From contig NZ_JAOTSB010000018.1 in the NCBI RefSeq assembly GCF_030247605.1, positions 2,463-66,462 of the forward strand: a stretch of 64,000 nt of DNA. The letters are read 5' to 3'. The position numbers and the translations under genes were made by a program. The notes below the pieces were generated by a model that was not told the origin of the DNA, ran no database searches, and was given only the letters and a program-made list of their open reading frames with translations. Of this stretch, positions 27,492 through 37,163 are shown in pieces. Each line of letters begins with the position of its first letter. Positions within the stretch are counted from its first letter, which is position 1. Source of the DNA: Acidaminobacter sp. GTDB lineage: Bacteria; Bacillota; Clostridia; Peptostreptococcales; Acidaminobacteraceae.

Positions 27492-30044
27492 ATGACTAAG
27501 CGTTTCAATAGATTGAGGTTTTCTATCTCTGTCCTTTTCTCATTGATCTTTGCATTGCTCTTTGCCCTGGGATGGAGCTGTCTCCCCGCTTTTGCGACTG
27601 CACCGGATACGGAGGTGGATGAAGGGACCATCGGCAGCGCACCGTCCTATACGCATTCCCAGCCGGGCCTGACAGAGCTCGTTCTGCAGCTGCGCTGGGA
27701 CCACCAGTTCCAGTTCGCCGGCTATTACGCCGCCCAGTGGATGGGCTACTATGAAGAGGAAGGCCTGAATGTCGACATTCGATCTGCTTTCACGGCACAG
27801 AGTCCGGACATCCTGGATGCTGCCCTTGAGGTCGAGGAAGGACGCGCGGACTTTGGCGTGGGTGCCGCGAACCTCATGATGGCACAGGACGACGGCATGG
27901 ATCTGATCCTTGTGGCCTCCATCTTTCAGCGCAGCGCTGTCGAATACGTCACCTTGCTGGAAGACCGCGGCAACACCGTGTTCGACCTGTCCCAGCTGCA
28001 TATCGCCAGAAGGCCGGGGGATCTTCTGGACCTGGAGCTTCAGGCTCTCCTCGCGAGTGAGGGCATTGCGCCCTATGCCACCCGAACCACGGACATCACC
28101 AGGGACTTCACCCTGGAGGACCTGATCAACAAAACCTTTGACGTCGTTCCAGACTTCCTTGGACAGATTCCCTACGCCGCAGAAAAGGCCGGCGTTCCCG
28201 TTAAGGTGATCCGGCCGGCGGAGCACGGCATTGATTTTTATGGGGACACGCTTTTTACATCAGGGAAACTTGCCCGGAGCAATCCGGAGCTCGTTGAGCG
28301 GTTCCGGCGCGCGAGCATCAAGGGCTGGTTTTATGCTCTGGAGCATCCCATGGAGATCTCGGAGCTGATCGTGACGCGGCTGGCAGCCCCGGACGCGGCC
28401 CCGGAGAGGCAAGCCGCCCTCCTCGACTTCAACCTTTACCAGGCCGGGAAGGTCCTGGAGCTGACCCACTATCCCATTGTCGAGGTCGGCAACATCAACC
28501 CCTTCCGGTGGATTAAAATGGCAGAGGCCATGAAGAGCCTGGGCATGATTGAGGAAGTGCCGGACCTGGACGCCATGATCTTTGACTACGATCAGGTCAA
28601 GATGACTCAGCTTGAAAACACCCGTAAAAACCTGGCCTATGCCTTTCTGATCCTGACTGCCCTAATTACCTTTTTTTTCGTCGTTTACCTCAAGCGCCGC
28701 AATACCCTCCTCCTGAAGGAGATCGACGACCGCCAGCTCGCCGAGCGGCAGCTGGTCCTCAGCAACGCGCGTTATGAAACCATTTTCCGCAGCTCCGTTC
28801 TGGGGATCACTGTGACGGATTCGGAGGGCAACATCCGCCATGTGAACGACGCCTGGTGCAGCATGACCGGGTACACAGCGGATGAGCTTAGCGGCATGAA
28901 TATCAACCAGCTGATCGCAGCCGACAGCAGGGACCTGGACGCCGGCCTGCACCGCGACCTTATGGAAGGCCGCATTTCCAGCTATTCCATGGAGAAAAAG
29001 TATCTCCGAAAGCCAGATCCCCAAAATCCTGACCAGGAAGACCACTTCCACGGCCGCATGGTTCTCACCTGCATCTGGGATTCCGGCGCTGACGCCATGC
29101 TCAATATGAGTATGGTGACGGACATCACCAAGGAAGTGAGAGATGCCCAGGCGGTGCGCCGGGCGGAAGAGCGCTTTCGGAAGATCATTGGTCAAGTCGC
29201 TCAGGAAATAGGCGGTTCAGCCGTGTCCCTCGTGGGAAGTCCGGTGGCCGGCGAGCTGTCCATGAATCTGGAGGAGATCAACCTCGAGCTGGAGCGGCTC
29301 TTTACCCGGGAGCTGGAGGAAAACCGGCGCAAGGACGCGCTGATTCGCTATCAGGGCCGCATGGCGGCCATGGGCGAGATGATTGGCAGCATAGCCCACC
29401 AGTGGCGCCAGCCCCTGCACACCCTGCGCCTGGTCCTCATGAACCTCAGGGATCCCGGGAACGATCCGGATTACGTGGAGTCCTGCTACCTCAAGGCGAA
29501 CGCGCTGATCCGCCGCATGTCGGAGACCATTGACGACTTCCGGTATTTCTCAAATCCCCGAACTGAGCCCCGCGCCTTCACTGTGGCGGAGTCGGTGCGG
29601 CTGGTGCAGGGCCTGGTGGACGAGCAGCTGCGCGTGTCCGGCATCACCCTTTCGACCGAGAATTTAGAGAGCCTTCAGCCGATGGTCGGTTTCGACAACC
29701 AATTCTCCCACGTTCTCTTCAACCTGATCTCCAACGCTATAGATGCCCTGAAGCACAACCCGCCCGGGAAGCCGCGTACCATCCGCGTCGCTGGGGAACA
29801 GCGTGAGATGTTGCTGACCGTGCGCATTGAGGACTCAGGACCGGGGATACCGTCAACAGATGCGGACAGCGTTTTTGAAATGTACTATACGACCAAAGAA
29901 GCCCAGGGCGGAACCGGACTTGGATTGCCTATGGCCAGATCCATCATAGAAACCGCTTTTGGCGGACGCCTCACCCTGGTGCCTGCTGAAGCCGGCTGTG
30001 CGTTTGAAATTGAGGTACCGGTTAGTGGAAAGGTTGGTGAATGA
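27492..30044 (+). CDS. Sensor histidine kinase with extracytoplasmic SBP-like (NMT1/SsuA-type) domain, TM, PAS, dimerisation/His and HATPase_c
   Basis: Signal/TM MTKRFNRLRFSISVLFSLIFALLF after an AAAGGAAA RBS. Then QFQFAGYYAAQWMGYYEEEGL (SBP fold), a PAS segment, the H-box IGSIAHQWRQPL and the G-box GGTGLGL. The ORF-track start at 27360 would translate the repeat array. Confidence 0.88.
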   Translation: MTKRFNRLRFSISVLFSLIFALLFALGWSCLPAFATAPDTEVDEGTIGSAPSYTHSQPGLTELVLQLRWDHQFQFAGYYAAQWMGYYEEEGLNVDIRSAFTAQSPDILDAALEVEEGRADFGVGAANLMMAQDDGMDLILVASIFQRSAVEYVTLLEDRGNTVFDLSQLHIARRPGDLLDLELQALLASEGIAPYATRTTDITRDFTLEDLINKTFDVVPDFLGQIPYAAEKAGVPVKVIRPAEHGIDFYGDTLFTSGKLARSNPELVERFRRASIKGWFYALEHPMEISELIVTRLAAPDAAPERQAALLDFNLYQAGKVLELTHYPIVEVGNINPFRWIKMAEAMKSLGMIEEVPDLDAMIFDYDQVKMTQLENTRKNLAYAFLILTALITFFFVVYLKRRNTLLLKEIDDRQLAERQLVLSNARYETIFRSSVLGITVTDSEGNIRHVNDAWCSMTGYTADELSGMNINQLIAADSRDLDAGLHRDLMEGRISSYSMEKKYLRKPDPQNPDQEDHFHGRMVLTCIWDSGADAMLNMSMVTDITKEVRDAQAVRRAEERFRKIIGQVAQEIGGSAVSLVGSPVAGELSMNLEEINLELERLFTRELEENRRKDALIRYQGRMAAMGEMIGSIAHQWRQPLHTLRLVLMNLRDPGNDPDYVESCYLKANALIRRMSETIDDFRYFSNPRTEPRAFTVAESVRLVQGLVDEQLRVSGITLSTENLESLQPMVGFDNQFSHVLFNLISNAIDALKHNPPGKPRTIRVAGEQREMLLTVRIEDSGPGIPSTDADSVFEMYYTTKEAQGGTGLGLPMARSIIETAFGGRLTLVPAEAGCAFEIEVPVSGKVGE

Positions 30045-30871
30045 GGATGAATGTCGAAAGAAAGACTGATGTTAGTGAAGCCGGTGTGCCCGGGAGCCCG
30101 GAAGCGCCGAGACCTGAGGCGCTCCTGAACACCCTGCGCCTGCTTTATGTGGAGGACGACCAGGAAGCCTTGGAAGAGCTGGCGCATTTTCTCAAGAAAC
30201 GCGTCGCCTCCCTGGCGGTGGCTTCCAATGGCTTGGAAGCTTTGGAGCTGTGCAGGCGCCAGACTTTTGATGTCATCCTGTGCGACCTATGGATGCCCAA
30301 GATGGACGGCTTCACGCTGATTCAGACCCTTCGTGAAGAAGCCGTTTTGACTCCAGTCATCATCACCTCCGCGTTCTCGGACCTGGAAACGGTGCTGAAA
30401 GCGATTGATCTGGGCATAGTCAAGTACTGCGTCAAGCCTATAGAAGCCGATGAACTCCTGGACAGCCTCTGCCGAATAGCCCAGGACAAGCTGTCTTCTT
30501 CCGGGGAAGCTACAGGCCGACTGATGGACCGTCAGCAGCGCCTTGAAGCCGAAAAGGCTTTGAAAAGCGCTTTCGCCCATTTACTGAAGTCGCTGACGGG
30601 CAAAGGCCCCAGAGAAGTACACGTCTCACTGGGCGCCCATGATTTGGAAATCTGGGCGACGGAAGTCCAGTCGCCTTTTGAGACCTCACTGCTGGGGCTC
30701 AAGGAGCATTCAGGCGTCGTGCCCTATCTCAGGAAGTCCTTGTATACGGGCTATCAGCAACGTTTTGAAGCGCTGATAGCGGATCACCTGAAGGTGTCCG
30801 CTTCTTTGGAAGAGGTAAGGGTCGTGATTGAAGAAAATACCGATTGGCTGGTGTTTAAGCTGAGAGGGTGA
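30041..30871 (+). CDS. Response regulator: REC receiver + DUF2294-like C-terminal domain, no recognisable DNA-binding domain
   Basis: LLYVEDDQEA...DVILCDLWMPKMDG receiver. The C-terminus LEAEKALKSAFAHLLKSLTGKGPREVHVSL...WLVFKL matches my recollection of DUF2294. The start overlaps the kinase stop (ATGA). Confidence 0.8.
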   Translation: MRMNVERKTDVSEAGVPGSPEAPRPEALLNTLRLLYVEDDQEALEELAHFLKKRVASLAVASNGLEALELCRRQTFDVILCDLWMPKMDGFTLIQTLREEAVLTPVIITSAFSDLETVLKAIDLGIVKYCVKPIEADELLDSLCRIAQDKLSSSGEATGRLMDRQQRLEAEKALKSAFAHLLKSLTGKGPREVHVSLGAHDLEIWATEVQSPFETSLLGLKEHSGVVPYLRKSLYTGYQQRFEALIADHLKVSASLEEVRVVIEENTDWLVFKLRG

Positions 30872-30898
30872 TTTTATGGATGGGGAAACTTCAAGTGA

Positions 30899-31040
30899 GT
30901 GACAGTCACCAAAGTTGAGTGAGTGACAGTCACCGAAGTAGAGTGAGTGTCAGACACCGAAGTAGAGTGAGTGTCAGACACCAACCCAAAACTAGTGCCA
31001 GAGCTTCACACAATTCTCGAACAATTTATTGGTGAGTCAT
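30899..31040. repeat. 24-bp phased array (5 units) plus tail, immediately after the response regulator gene
   Basis: Cores at 30899 and 30923 (GTGACAGTCAC), at 30947 and 30971 (GTGTCAGACAC) and at 30995 (GTGCCAGAGCT). Confidence 0.88.
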
Positions 31041-31060
31041 CCAACACCACGCACACAAGC

Positions 31061-31090
31061 AAAAAACCGCCAAAAAGAGGCGGTTTTTTG
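31061..31090. terminator. Bidirectional intrinsic terminator
   Basis: AAAAAACCGCC...GGCGGTTTTTT, located between convergent genes. Confidence 0.8.
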
Positions 31091-31109
31091 CTTGAATTTT
31101 TCAATTTTC

Positions 31110-31328
31110 TCAACCACGCAAATTGCGCAGCATCCTCAAATAAGTGTCTTCGTCAATGTCGCCTTTAGCATACCTGTTCTTCAGCGTCGCCTCGGCATTG
31201 TATTTTGAATCGTTGTAGCCTAATCCCGACAAGCCGGTCTGAAAAACAGTCTGTCTGCCTGAAGTGTCATTGCCTTTTAACGCGAGATAAATAACATAGC
31301 CAATTATACCCCAAAAGATGATCATCAT
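31110..31328 (-). CDS. SHOCT-domain small membrane protein
   Basis: One N-terminal TM helix plus C-terminal LKNRYAKGDIDEDTYLRMLRNL. Confidence 0.75.
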   Translation of the reverse strand: MMIIFWGIIGYVIYLALKGNDTSGRQTVFQTGLSGLGYNDSKYNAEATLKNRYAKGDIDEDTYLRMLRNLRG

Positions 31329-31465
31329 GATCGATCCCTCCCTTATTCTCCTTTTAGTTTAGCAAAATGGTGTGGAGGTTTAATGGAGGTGGGTGAAAAA
31401 CGCACTGGTTGTAAGTTGCTCTGGCGCTCCCCCCGCAATTGCAAAACAAGCACGCTCCTATACTT

Positions 31466-31520
31466 ACAAAAAAACGGACAGGAGATGTCTCGATTCTGCA
31501 ACCGAGACGCCCCTGTCCGT
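31466..31520 (-). terminator. Intrinsic terminator after the ferritin-like gene
   Basis: ACGGACAGG/CCTGTCCGT outer stem with an inner GTCTCG/CGAGAC stem and a U-run on the minus strand. Confidence 0.75.
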
Positions 31521-31552
31521 TTCCTTTTTATCTCTTCAAGTTTCAGCAAGCC

Positions 31553-32044
31553 CTAAAACGGCGCAAACCCCTGATCCGCCCACCAGGTATTCTGGAGTTT
31601 ATCATACTCCTTGGAGAACATATCCAGGTGGACCTGCTCCCATTTGGCCAGAGTGCCGAACAGCGAGCGAGCCGCAGTGATCTCAGAGCGCTTGGCAGCA
31701 TTCTCATAAAATTCTACAGACATGCGCTCCATTTGGATGCCAATGCCAAAGACGGAAACGGCCAGGCTCGCGCTGGTTCTGTCGAGATTTTCCCACTGAA
31801 AGATATTTGGACTTGGCGGATTATCCATCATGGAAAGCTTGATGACGTCTTCTTCGCTGTCTCTAACCTTCTCAAACAGCTCTTTCAGCCACTCAATGTG
31901 CTTTCTTTCTTCCTCTGCCAAAGTCGAAAAAGCTTCTTTGACAGCAGGATCTGTGGTTTTTTCGTGGGCCATTTTGTAAAACTCATAGCCTTCAAGCTCG
32001 TTGATGATTGCCGTTTGAATGATTTTAAGCTCCTGATCCTTCAA
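31553..32044 (-). CDS. Ferritin-like / rubrerythrin diiron-domain protein
   Basis: Two E..H-containing helices (LAEEERKHIEWL and LAKWEQVHLDMF). Confidence 0.75.
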   Translation of the reverse strand: MKDQELKIIQTAIINELEGYEFYKMAHEKTTDPAVKEAFSTLAEEERKHIEWLKELFEKVRDSEEDVIKLSMMDNPPSPNIFQWENLDRTSASLAVSVFGIGIQMERMSVEFYENAAKRSEITAARSLFGTLAKWEQVHLDMFSKEYDKLQNTWWADQGFAPF

Positions 32045-32147
32045 AGTTGAACCCTCCCTATGGTGTATGATCTATAAACAAATTAATTCCAACTATTTCT
32101 TTTTCTTAGATAACCTTACCTTTTATCTTATTGCTTTATGACCCTAT

Positions 32148-32202
32148 TACCTCACTACCTCACTACCCCACTACCTCACTACCCACTGCCTCAGTACCTC
32201 AC
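32148..32202. repeat. 8-bp tandem repeat TACCTCAC (about 7 units)
   Basis: TACCTCAC TACCTCAC TACCCCAC TACCTCAC TACCCAC TGCCTCAG TACCTCAC. The last units overlap the final codons and stop of pdp. Confidence 0.8.
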
Positions 32203-33516
32203 AACCCCATCCTTGCTCACCACAGCGTGAATCAGCTTCGGTACGGTTACGTCCTCCTCCTGGATCTGATAAGCCCCCAGAAGTCTCTCCCTGGCCTCCT
32301 CCAGCCGCGCGTCGCTGTTGGTGTGGAGATAAGCCAGGACCTCGCCCTGCTTCACCGCGTCCCCGACCTTTTTGACCAGCACTATGCCGGCGCCGTGGTC
32401 AATAACGCTGTCCAGGGTCTCGCGACCCGCACCTAAAATAGTGGCGCTGATGCCGACCTCATCAGATTGTATATGGGCAATGTGCCCCCCGCGCACAGAC
32501 AGAACCGGCTCAATGATCCGGGCCCCCGGAAGCGTCTCCGGCGCGTCAATCTGTGACACCTCGCCGTGCTGGGCAGCCACAAAAGCCTTCAGCTTCTCGT
32601 AAGCCGCACCGCTGCGCAGGGCATCCAGGACAAGTTCTGAGCCTTCCTCCGGAGATTTGGCCTTACCGCCCAGGTACACCATCATGCCGCCAAGTCTCAG
32701 GCAAAGTTCACGCAAATCCTGCGGCCCCTCTCCCCTCAGCGTCGCAATGGCTTCCTTGACTTCCAAGGCATTCCCTATCGCATAGCCCAGCGGCTGATCC
32801 ATCCCGGTGACCACTGCAATGACTTCCCTGCCCATACCATCGCCAATATCCACCATAATCTGCCCCAGCTCAATAGCGCCGTCCACGGTTTTCACAAAGG
32901 CGCCGCTGCCCACTTTGACGTCCAGGACAATGGCGTCACTGCCCGCCGCAAGCTTCTTGCTCATGACACTGGCCGCAATCAGGCTGACGTTGTCAACTGT
33001 CGCGGTGACGTCCCGCAGTCCGTAAAGCTTTTTATCCGCCGGCGCAATGTTCTTCGACTGGCCAATAACTGCCAGCCCCACCTCATTGACCTGTCGGATA
33101 AAGTCATCTGAAGACACCTCGACCATCAGGCCGGAGATGGACTCCAGCTTGTCCAGCGTGCCCCCCGTGTGACCGAGCCCCCTGCCGGACATCTTGGCAA
33201 CCGGCACGCCGCAAGCCGCGACCATCGGCCCAAGAAGGATCGTGGTCTTGTCCCCTACGCCGCCGGTGGAATGCTTATCCACCTTGATGCCGGCAATGCT
33301 GGAGAGGTCCACCGTATCCCCGGAATGCATGACGGCCTCGGTGAGATCTACCGTTTCGCGGCGATCCATTTTATTGAGGAAAATGGCCATCAGAAGCGCC
33401 GAAACCTGGTAATCCGGAATTTGGCCATTGGTGTAGCCCTCGACGAAAAACCGGATTTCCTCCCTGGTCAGCGTCCCGCCGTCGCGCTTTTTGTGAATGA
33501 TGTCATACATGCGCAT
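32191..33516 (-). CDS. pdp: Pyrimidine-nucleoside (thymidine) phosphorylase
   Basis: MRMYDIIHKKRDG...KHSTGGVGDK and SGRGLGHTGGTLDKLE motifs. Confidence 0.95.
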   Translation of the reverse strand: MRMYDIIHKKRDGGTLTREEIRFFVEGYTNGQIPDYQVSALLMAIFLNKMDRRETVDLTEAVMHSGDTVDLSSIAGIKVDKHSTGGVGDKTTILLGPMVAACGVPVAKMSGRGLGHTGGTLDKLESISGLMVEVSSDDFIRQVNEVGLAVIGQSKNIAPADKKLYGLRDVTATVDNVSLIAASVMSKKLAAGSDAIVLDVKVGSGAFVKTVDGAIELGQIMVDIGDGMGREVIAVVTGMDQPLGYAIGNALEVKEAIATLRGEGPQDLRELCLRLGGMMVYLGGKAKSPEEGSELVLDALRSGAAYEKLKAFVAAQHGEVSQIDAPETLPGARIIEPVLSVRGGHIAHIQSDEVGISATILGAGRETLDSVIDHGAGIVLVKKVGDAVKQGEVLAYLHTNSDARLEEARERLLGAYQIQEEDVTVPKLIHAVVSKDGVVRY

Positions 33517-33535
33517 GGTTAATCCTCCTTGCTAC

Positions 33536-34360
33536 TTACTTCAGTATCGGTACCACAGCCTTAACCAATGCTGTAAACGTTGATTTTACACGCTCCGCGG
33601 TCTCGACAACCTCGCTGTGATGCAGCGGCTGATCCAGAATGCCGGCAGCCATGTTGGTAATACAGGAAATTCCTACCGTTTTTATACCGCAGTGATTGGC
33701 AACGAGCGCCTCCGGCACCGTGGACATGCCCACCGCGTCCGCGCCAATAATCCGGGCCATGCGCACCTCTGCCGGCGTCTCGTAGGACGGCCCCGGCGAC
33801 ATGGCGTAGACCCCCCGCTGGAGGCGAATCCCCATGGACTTTGCCAGGGCGCGGATCTCGGCATTCAAGGCCCTGTCATAGACCTCTGACGCATCCGGGA
33901 ACCTCGGCCCAAACCGCTCATCATTTGGCCCAATCAGCGGATTGTGGCCGGACAGGTTCAAATGGTCCTCAATCAGCATCAAGTCCCCCGGCTCGTACCC
34001 GGTGTTGACCCCGCCTGCCGCATTCGTCAGCAGCAGGTGCGTCACACCCAGCAGCTTCATGACGTAAACCGGCATGGCCACCGACCCAATGTCGTAGCCC
34101 TCGTAATAATGGAACCGCCCCTGCATGGCAATGACGCTGCGCCCTTCAAATTCCCCAATGACGAACCGCCCGGCGTGGCCCTCCACCGTCGAAACCGGGA
34201 AGCCCTCCAGTGTGTCGTAAGGGACGTAGACCGGGTTCGAGATTTCGTCCGCCAGTCCCCCGAGTCCGCTGCCCAGAATCAGACCCACTTCCGGCGCCTT
34301 GCTGATCTTACCCCTCAGCGCCTCCGCCGCAGCGGTCATCACGTCGTATGTCAGTTTCAC
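33536..34360 (-). CDS. punA: Purine nucleoside phosphorylase (PunA/PNP type)
   Basis: LGSGLGGLADE, GRFHYYEGY and VGMSTVPE motifs. Confidence 0.93.
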   Translation of the reverse strand: MKLTYDVMTAAAEALRGKISKAPEVGLILGSGLGGLADEISNPVYVPYDTLEGFPVSTVEGHAGRFVIGEFEGRSVIAMQGRFHYYEGYDIGSVAMPVYVMKLLGVTHLLLTNAAGGVNTGYEPGDLMLIEDHLNLSGHNPLIGPNDERFGPRFPDASEVYDRALNAEIRALAKSMGIRLQRGVYAMSPGPSYETPAEVRMARIIGADAVGMSTVPEALVANHCGIKTVGISCITNMAAGILDQPLHHSEVVETAERVKSTFTALVKAVVPILK

Positions 34361-34430
34361 AAAAAATCCCCCTCATAAAAAGTTCAAAAACTTTTTTTTA
34401 GCCGATGGTCACCCAAAAGCCCCCATCCCA

Positions 34431-35648
34431 TTACGCCCTAAAGATCTCCCCGGCAAAGCTGCGTCCGTGATCCATGGGGGTCAGACCCAGAAGCTCAGCG
34501 GTCGTCTGCGCAATATCGGCAAAAGTCTCGCGTGTCCCTAAGGACACCCCTTCTTTGACATAATGCCCCGCCACAAGGAGCGGCACATATTCCCTGGTGT
34601 GATCCGAACCCTTGAAGCCCGGATCATTGCCGTGGTCGGCAATCAGGATTAAGAGATCGTCCGACCTCATGGTGTTCATGAGTTCAGGAAGTCGTTGATC
34701 AAAAGCCTCCAGAGCCAGTCGGTAACCCTCAGCATCTCTTCGGTGGCCAAACTTTGCGTCGAAATCCACCAGATTTGTGAAGAGGATGCCGGTCGAGTCC
34801 GTTTTCAAGTAGTCCAGCGTCTTGTCCACCCCATCCATGTTGTCCTTGGTGTGAACCTCCTCTGTGATGCCCTGGCCGTTAAAAATGTCGTAGATTTTAC
34901 CCACCGCCTGAACGTCATAACCCGCCTCTTTGGCCTTGTCCAGTACTGTAGGTTCAAAAGGGTTTATGGAGTAATCCCGGCGGTTGGAGGTTCTGGTGAA
35001 GGCGCCGGGCGTCCCAATAAATGGCCGCGCGATAACCCGCGCCACCTGATCCTTGCCCCTCAAAATTTCTCTGGCAATGTCGCACATGCGGTAGAGCTCG
35101 TCCAGTCCCACGACTTCCTCGTGAGCGGCGATCTGAAAGACGCTGTCCGCGGAGGTGTAGACTATGGGATTGCCGGTTTCCATGTGCTCCTTGCCATAGG
35201 TTTCTATGACCTCGGTGCCGGAAGCCGGCTTGTTGCACAGTGCTTTACGTCCGGTCTGACTTTCGAAGGCGTCGATGATGTGGGGCGGGAAACCATCGGG
35301 ATAAGTCTGGAAGGGCTCTGAAATCTTTAAGCCGGTAATTTCCCAATGGCCGGTTGTGGTATCCTTGCCGTTCGAAATCTCGCTCATGCGGCCATATGCA
35401 CCGCGCGGCGCTTCCGTCCTGGGAACATAATCAATGCCCTCAATGTGCCCCAGGCCCAGCTGTACCAGATTAGGCAGATTCACGGTCGACCCTGAGCTCA
35501 GAATACTTCTCAGGGTATTCGCCCCGCTGTCGCCAAACTCAGCTGCGTCCGGCAGCTCGCCTATGCCAACGCTGTCCAGGACGAAAAGAATCACCCGCTT
35601 AATGGGTCCCGGCGGGACAGGCTTATTGGTCTTCGCAGAATTAGTCAT
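34431..35648 (-). CDS. deoB: Phosphopentomutase
   Basis: VLDSVGIGELPDA, TTGHWE and ADHGNDP motifs. Confidence 0.95.
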   Translation of the reverse strand: MTNSAKTNKPVPPGPIKRVILFVLDSVGIGELPDAAEFGDSGANTLRSILSSGSTVNLPNLVQLGLGHIEGIDYVPRTEAPRGAYGRMSEISNGKDTTTGHWEITGLKISEPFQTYPDGFPPHIIDAFESQTGRKALCNKPASGTEVIETYGKEHMETGNPIVYTSADSVFQIAAHEEVVGLDELYRMCDIAREILRGKDQVARVIARPFIGTPGAFTRTSNRRDYSINPFEPTVLDKAKEAGYDVQAVGKIYDIFNGQGITEEVHTKDNMDGVDKTLDYLKTDSTGILFTNLVDFDAKFGHRRDAEGYRLALEAFDQRLPELMNTMRSDDLLILIADHGNDPGFKGSDHTREYVPLLVAGHYVKEGVSLGTRETFADIAQTTAELLGLTPMDHGRSFAGEIFRA

Positions 35649-35847
35649 CTAAACAAATCACCTCATTTTGAGATTGAACCATTTGGTGTTAACTGGACAC
35701 TTTTAATCATACCCATAAAACGTCGAATGAAGACTTGAAACTGCAAAAAAATGATGCCGATGGTGGCGGGAATGGGGGTGACAAGCGCTGGCTGGAGACA
35801 CACCTTTCCACGCAGCCCCTATCTCCACCCCTTTTTCTTCTTCCATT

Positions 35848-35875
35848 AAAAAAGACCCGCACACCGCGCGGGCCT
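35848..35875 (-). terminator. Intrinsic terminator after xerD
   Basis: GGCCCGC...GCGGGTC hairpin followed by a U-run on the minus strand. Confidence 0.65.
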
Positions 35876-35937
35876 TAAGTCTCAATCTCGATCTCATAAT
35901 CTTAATTTTTACATATGCTTAATTCCAAAGTCAAAGA

Positions 35938-36825
35938 CTACGACTTCCTCGCATTCTTCCTCGCGGTGTTCGCCATATCCTGCTTGACGGCGGTATACAG
36001 GTGCGTCGTCGTCAGATCCGAATGGCCCAGCATCTCCTTGACCGCCTTGAGCTCCACACCGCTTTCGATCATGTGGACAGCGAACGAGTGTCTCAGCGTA
36101 TGCGGCGTGATGGTCTTTTTGATGCCCGCCTGCTCTGTGTACTTCTTGATCAGCTTCCAAAAGCCTTGACGCGTCAGACGCTGTCCGGCGTTGTTGACGA
36201 AAGCGGATTCATCACAAATTACACCCCGGCGACAGATTTTCTCGCGGCCGACTTTCAAATAATGCTCAAGGGCTTCAATGGAGGATTTCCCAATAGGGAC
36301 CACCCGTACTGAATTTCCGGTGCTGCAGCGTATGTAACCCAGGCTGAGATTGATGTCCTCAATATTCAGGGACACGAGCTCAGACACCCTGAGGCCGGTC
36401 GAATACAAGACTTCAAGCATGGCTTTGTCTCTGAGGCCAATTGGAGAATGATCCGACGGTTCTGCCAGCAGCCGTTCAACCTCATCTACCGTCATAATTT
36501 CCGGGAGCTTCTTCTCAAATTTGGGACGCTTCAGCTTTTTTGCCTGATTGTGCTCCACAATCTTCTGATCTTGTAGATAGTCAAAAAAGGTGCGCAGCGT
36601 CGCCAAAACACGTGACTGTGTTGCAGCGGACTTGCCCATCTGATCCAGATGCTGAATGAAGGTCTGCATGTCGTGGGTTCTGACCTCGGAGATTTCACTT
36701 ACGCCTTTGGTCTCAAGATAGTCCACCATGTCCCTAAGGTCACGGGTGTAGGCTTCCAGAGTATTGCGGGAAAGTTGCCGTTCGTTTTCAATATGATGGA
36801 TAAAGTGCTGAACATATTTTTTCAT
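35938..36825 (-). CDS. xerD: Tyrosine site-specific recombinase XerD/XerC family
   Basis: SRNTLEAYTRDL N-terminal SAM-like domain, catalytic R...HTLRHSFA...GH...TT..Y. Confidence 0.85.
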   Translation of the reverse strand: MKKYVQHFIHHIENERQLSRNTLEAYTRDLRDMVDYLETKGVSEISEVRTHDMQTFIQHLDQMGKSAATQSRVLATLRTFFDYLQDQKIVEHNQAKKLKRPKFEKKLPEIMTVDEVERLLAEPSDHSPIGLRDKAMLEVLYSTGLRVSELVSLNIEDINLSLGYIRCSTGNSVRVVPIGKSSIEALEHYLKVGREKICRRGVICDESAFVNNAGQRLTRQGFWKLIKKYTEQAGIKKTITPHTLRHSFAVHMIESGVELKAVKEMLGHSDLTTTHLYTAVKQDMANTARKNARKS

Positions 36826-37163
36826 AGCTACCCCTCAGACCTGTCGCTGACGGCGACGAATTGGATAAAGCGACATAGTGTGTATGACATAAAATTTTTT
36901 GCTGTGTTGGGCAGTCTAAAGCTGCCCAGATGCAAATGACGGGATCATAATACTTCAATTTCCGGATGTTTGAAGGGGTTGATGCCTTGGTTCCTTTTCA
37001 GAACCTGTCTATGTGCTGCACAAAACCTAAAGTTAAGAAACTAAACAAACCTTTATAAAACGTTTTAGCGTACTATACCAGTATAGCCCTCAAAACCGTC
37101 GAGTTCAATAGCCCAGGCGCTTTTTCCCCGGATATTTGATCACAGTGAACTACCGTACGCCCT

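Noticed and set aside
30051-30058. Spo0A 0A-box-like TGTCGAA strings (also near 29691).
   Set aside because: These are isolated heptamers inside coding sequence, at a frequency compatible with chance. None lies upstream of spo0A or in a promoter context.
30899-30933. GTGACAGTCAC cores as matS-like (GTGACRNYGTCAC) MatP sites.
   Set aside because: The half-sites are similar but the spacing differs (1 nt against 3 nt). MatP is restricted to enterobacteria and vibrios. The resemblance is probably coincidental and is noted only as an analogy for a dimer-binding palindrome.
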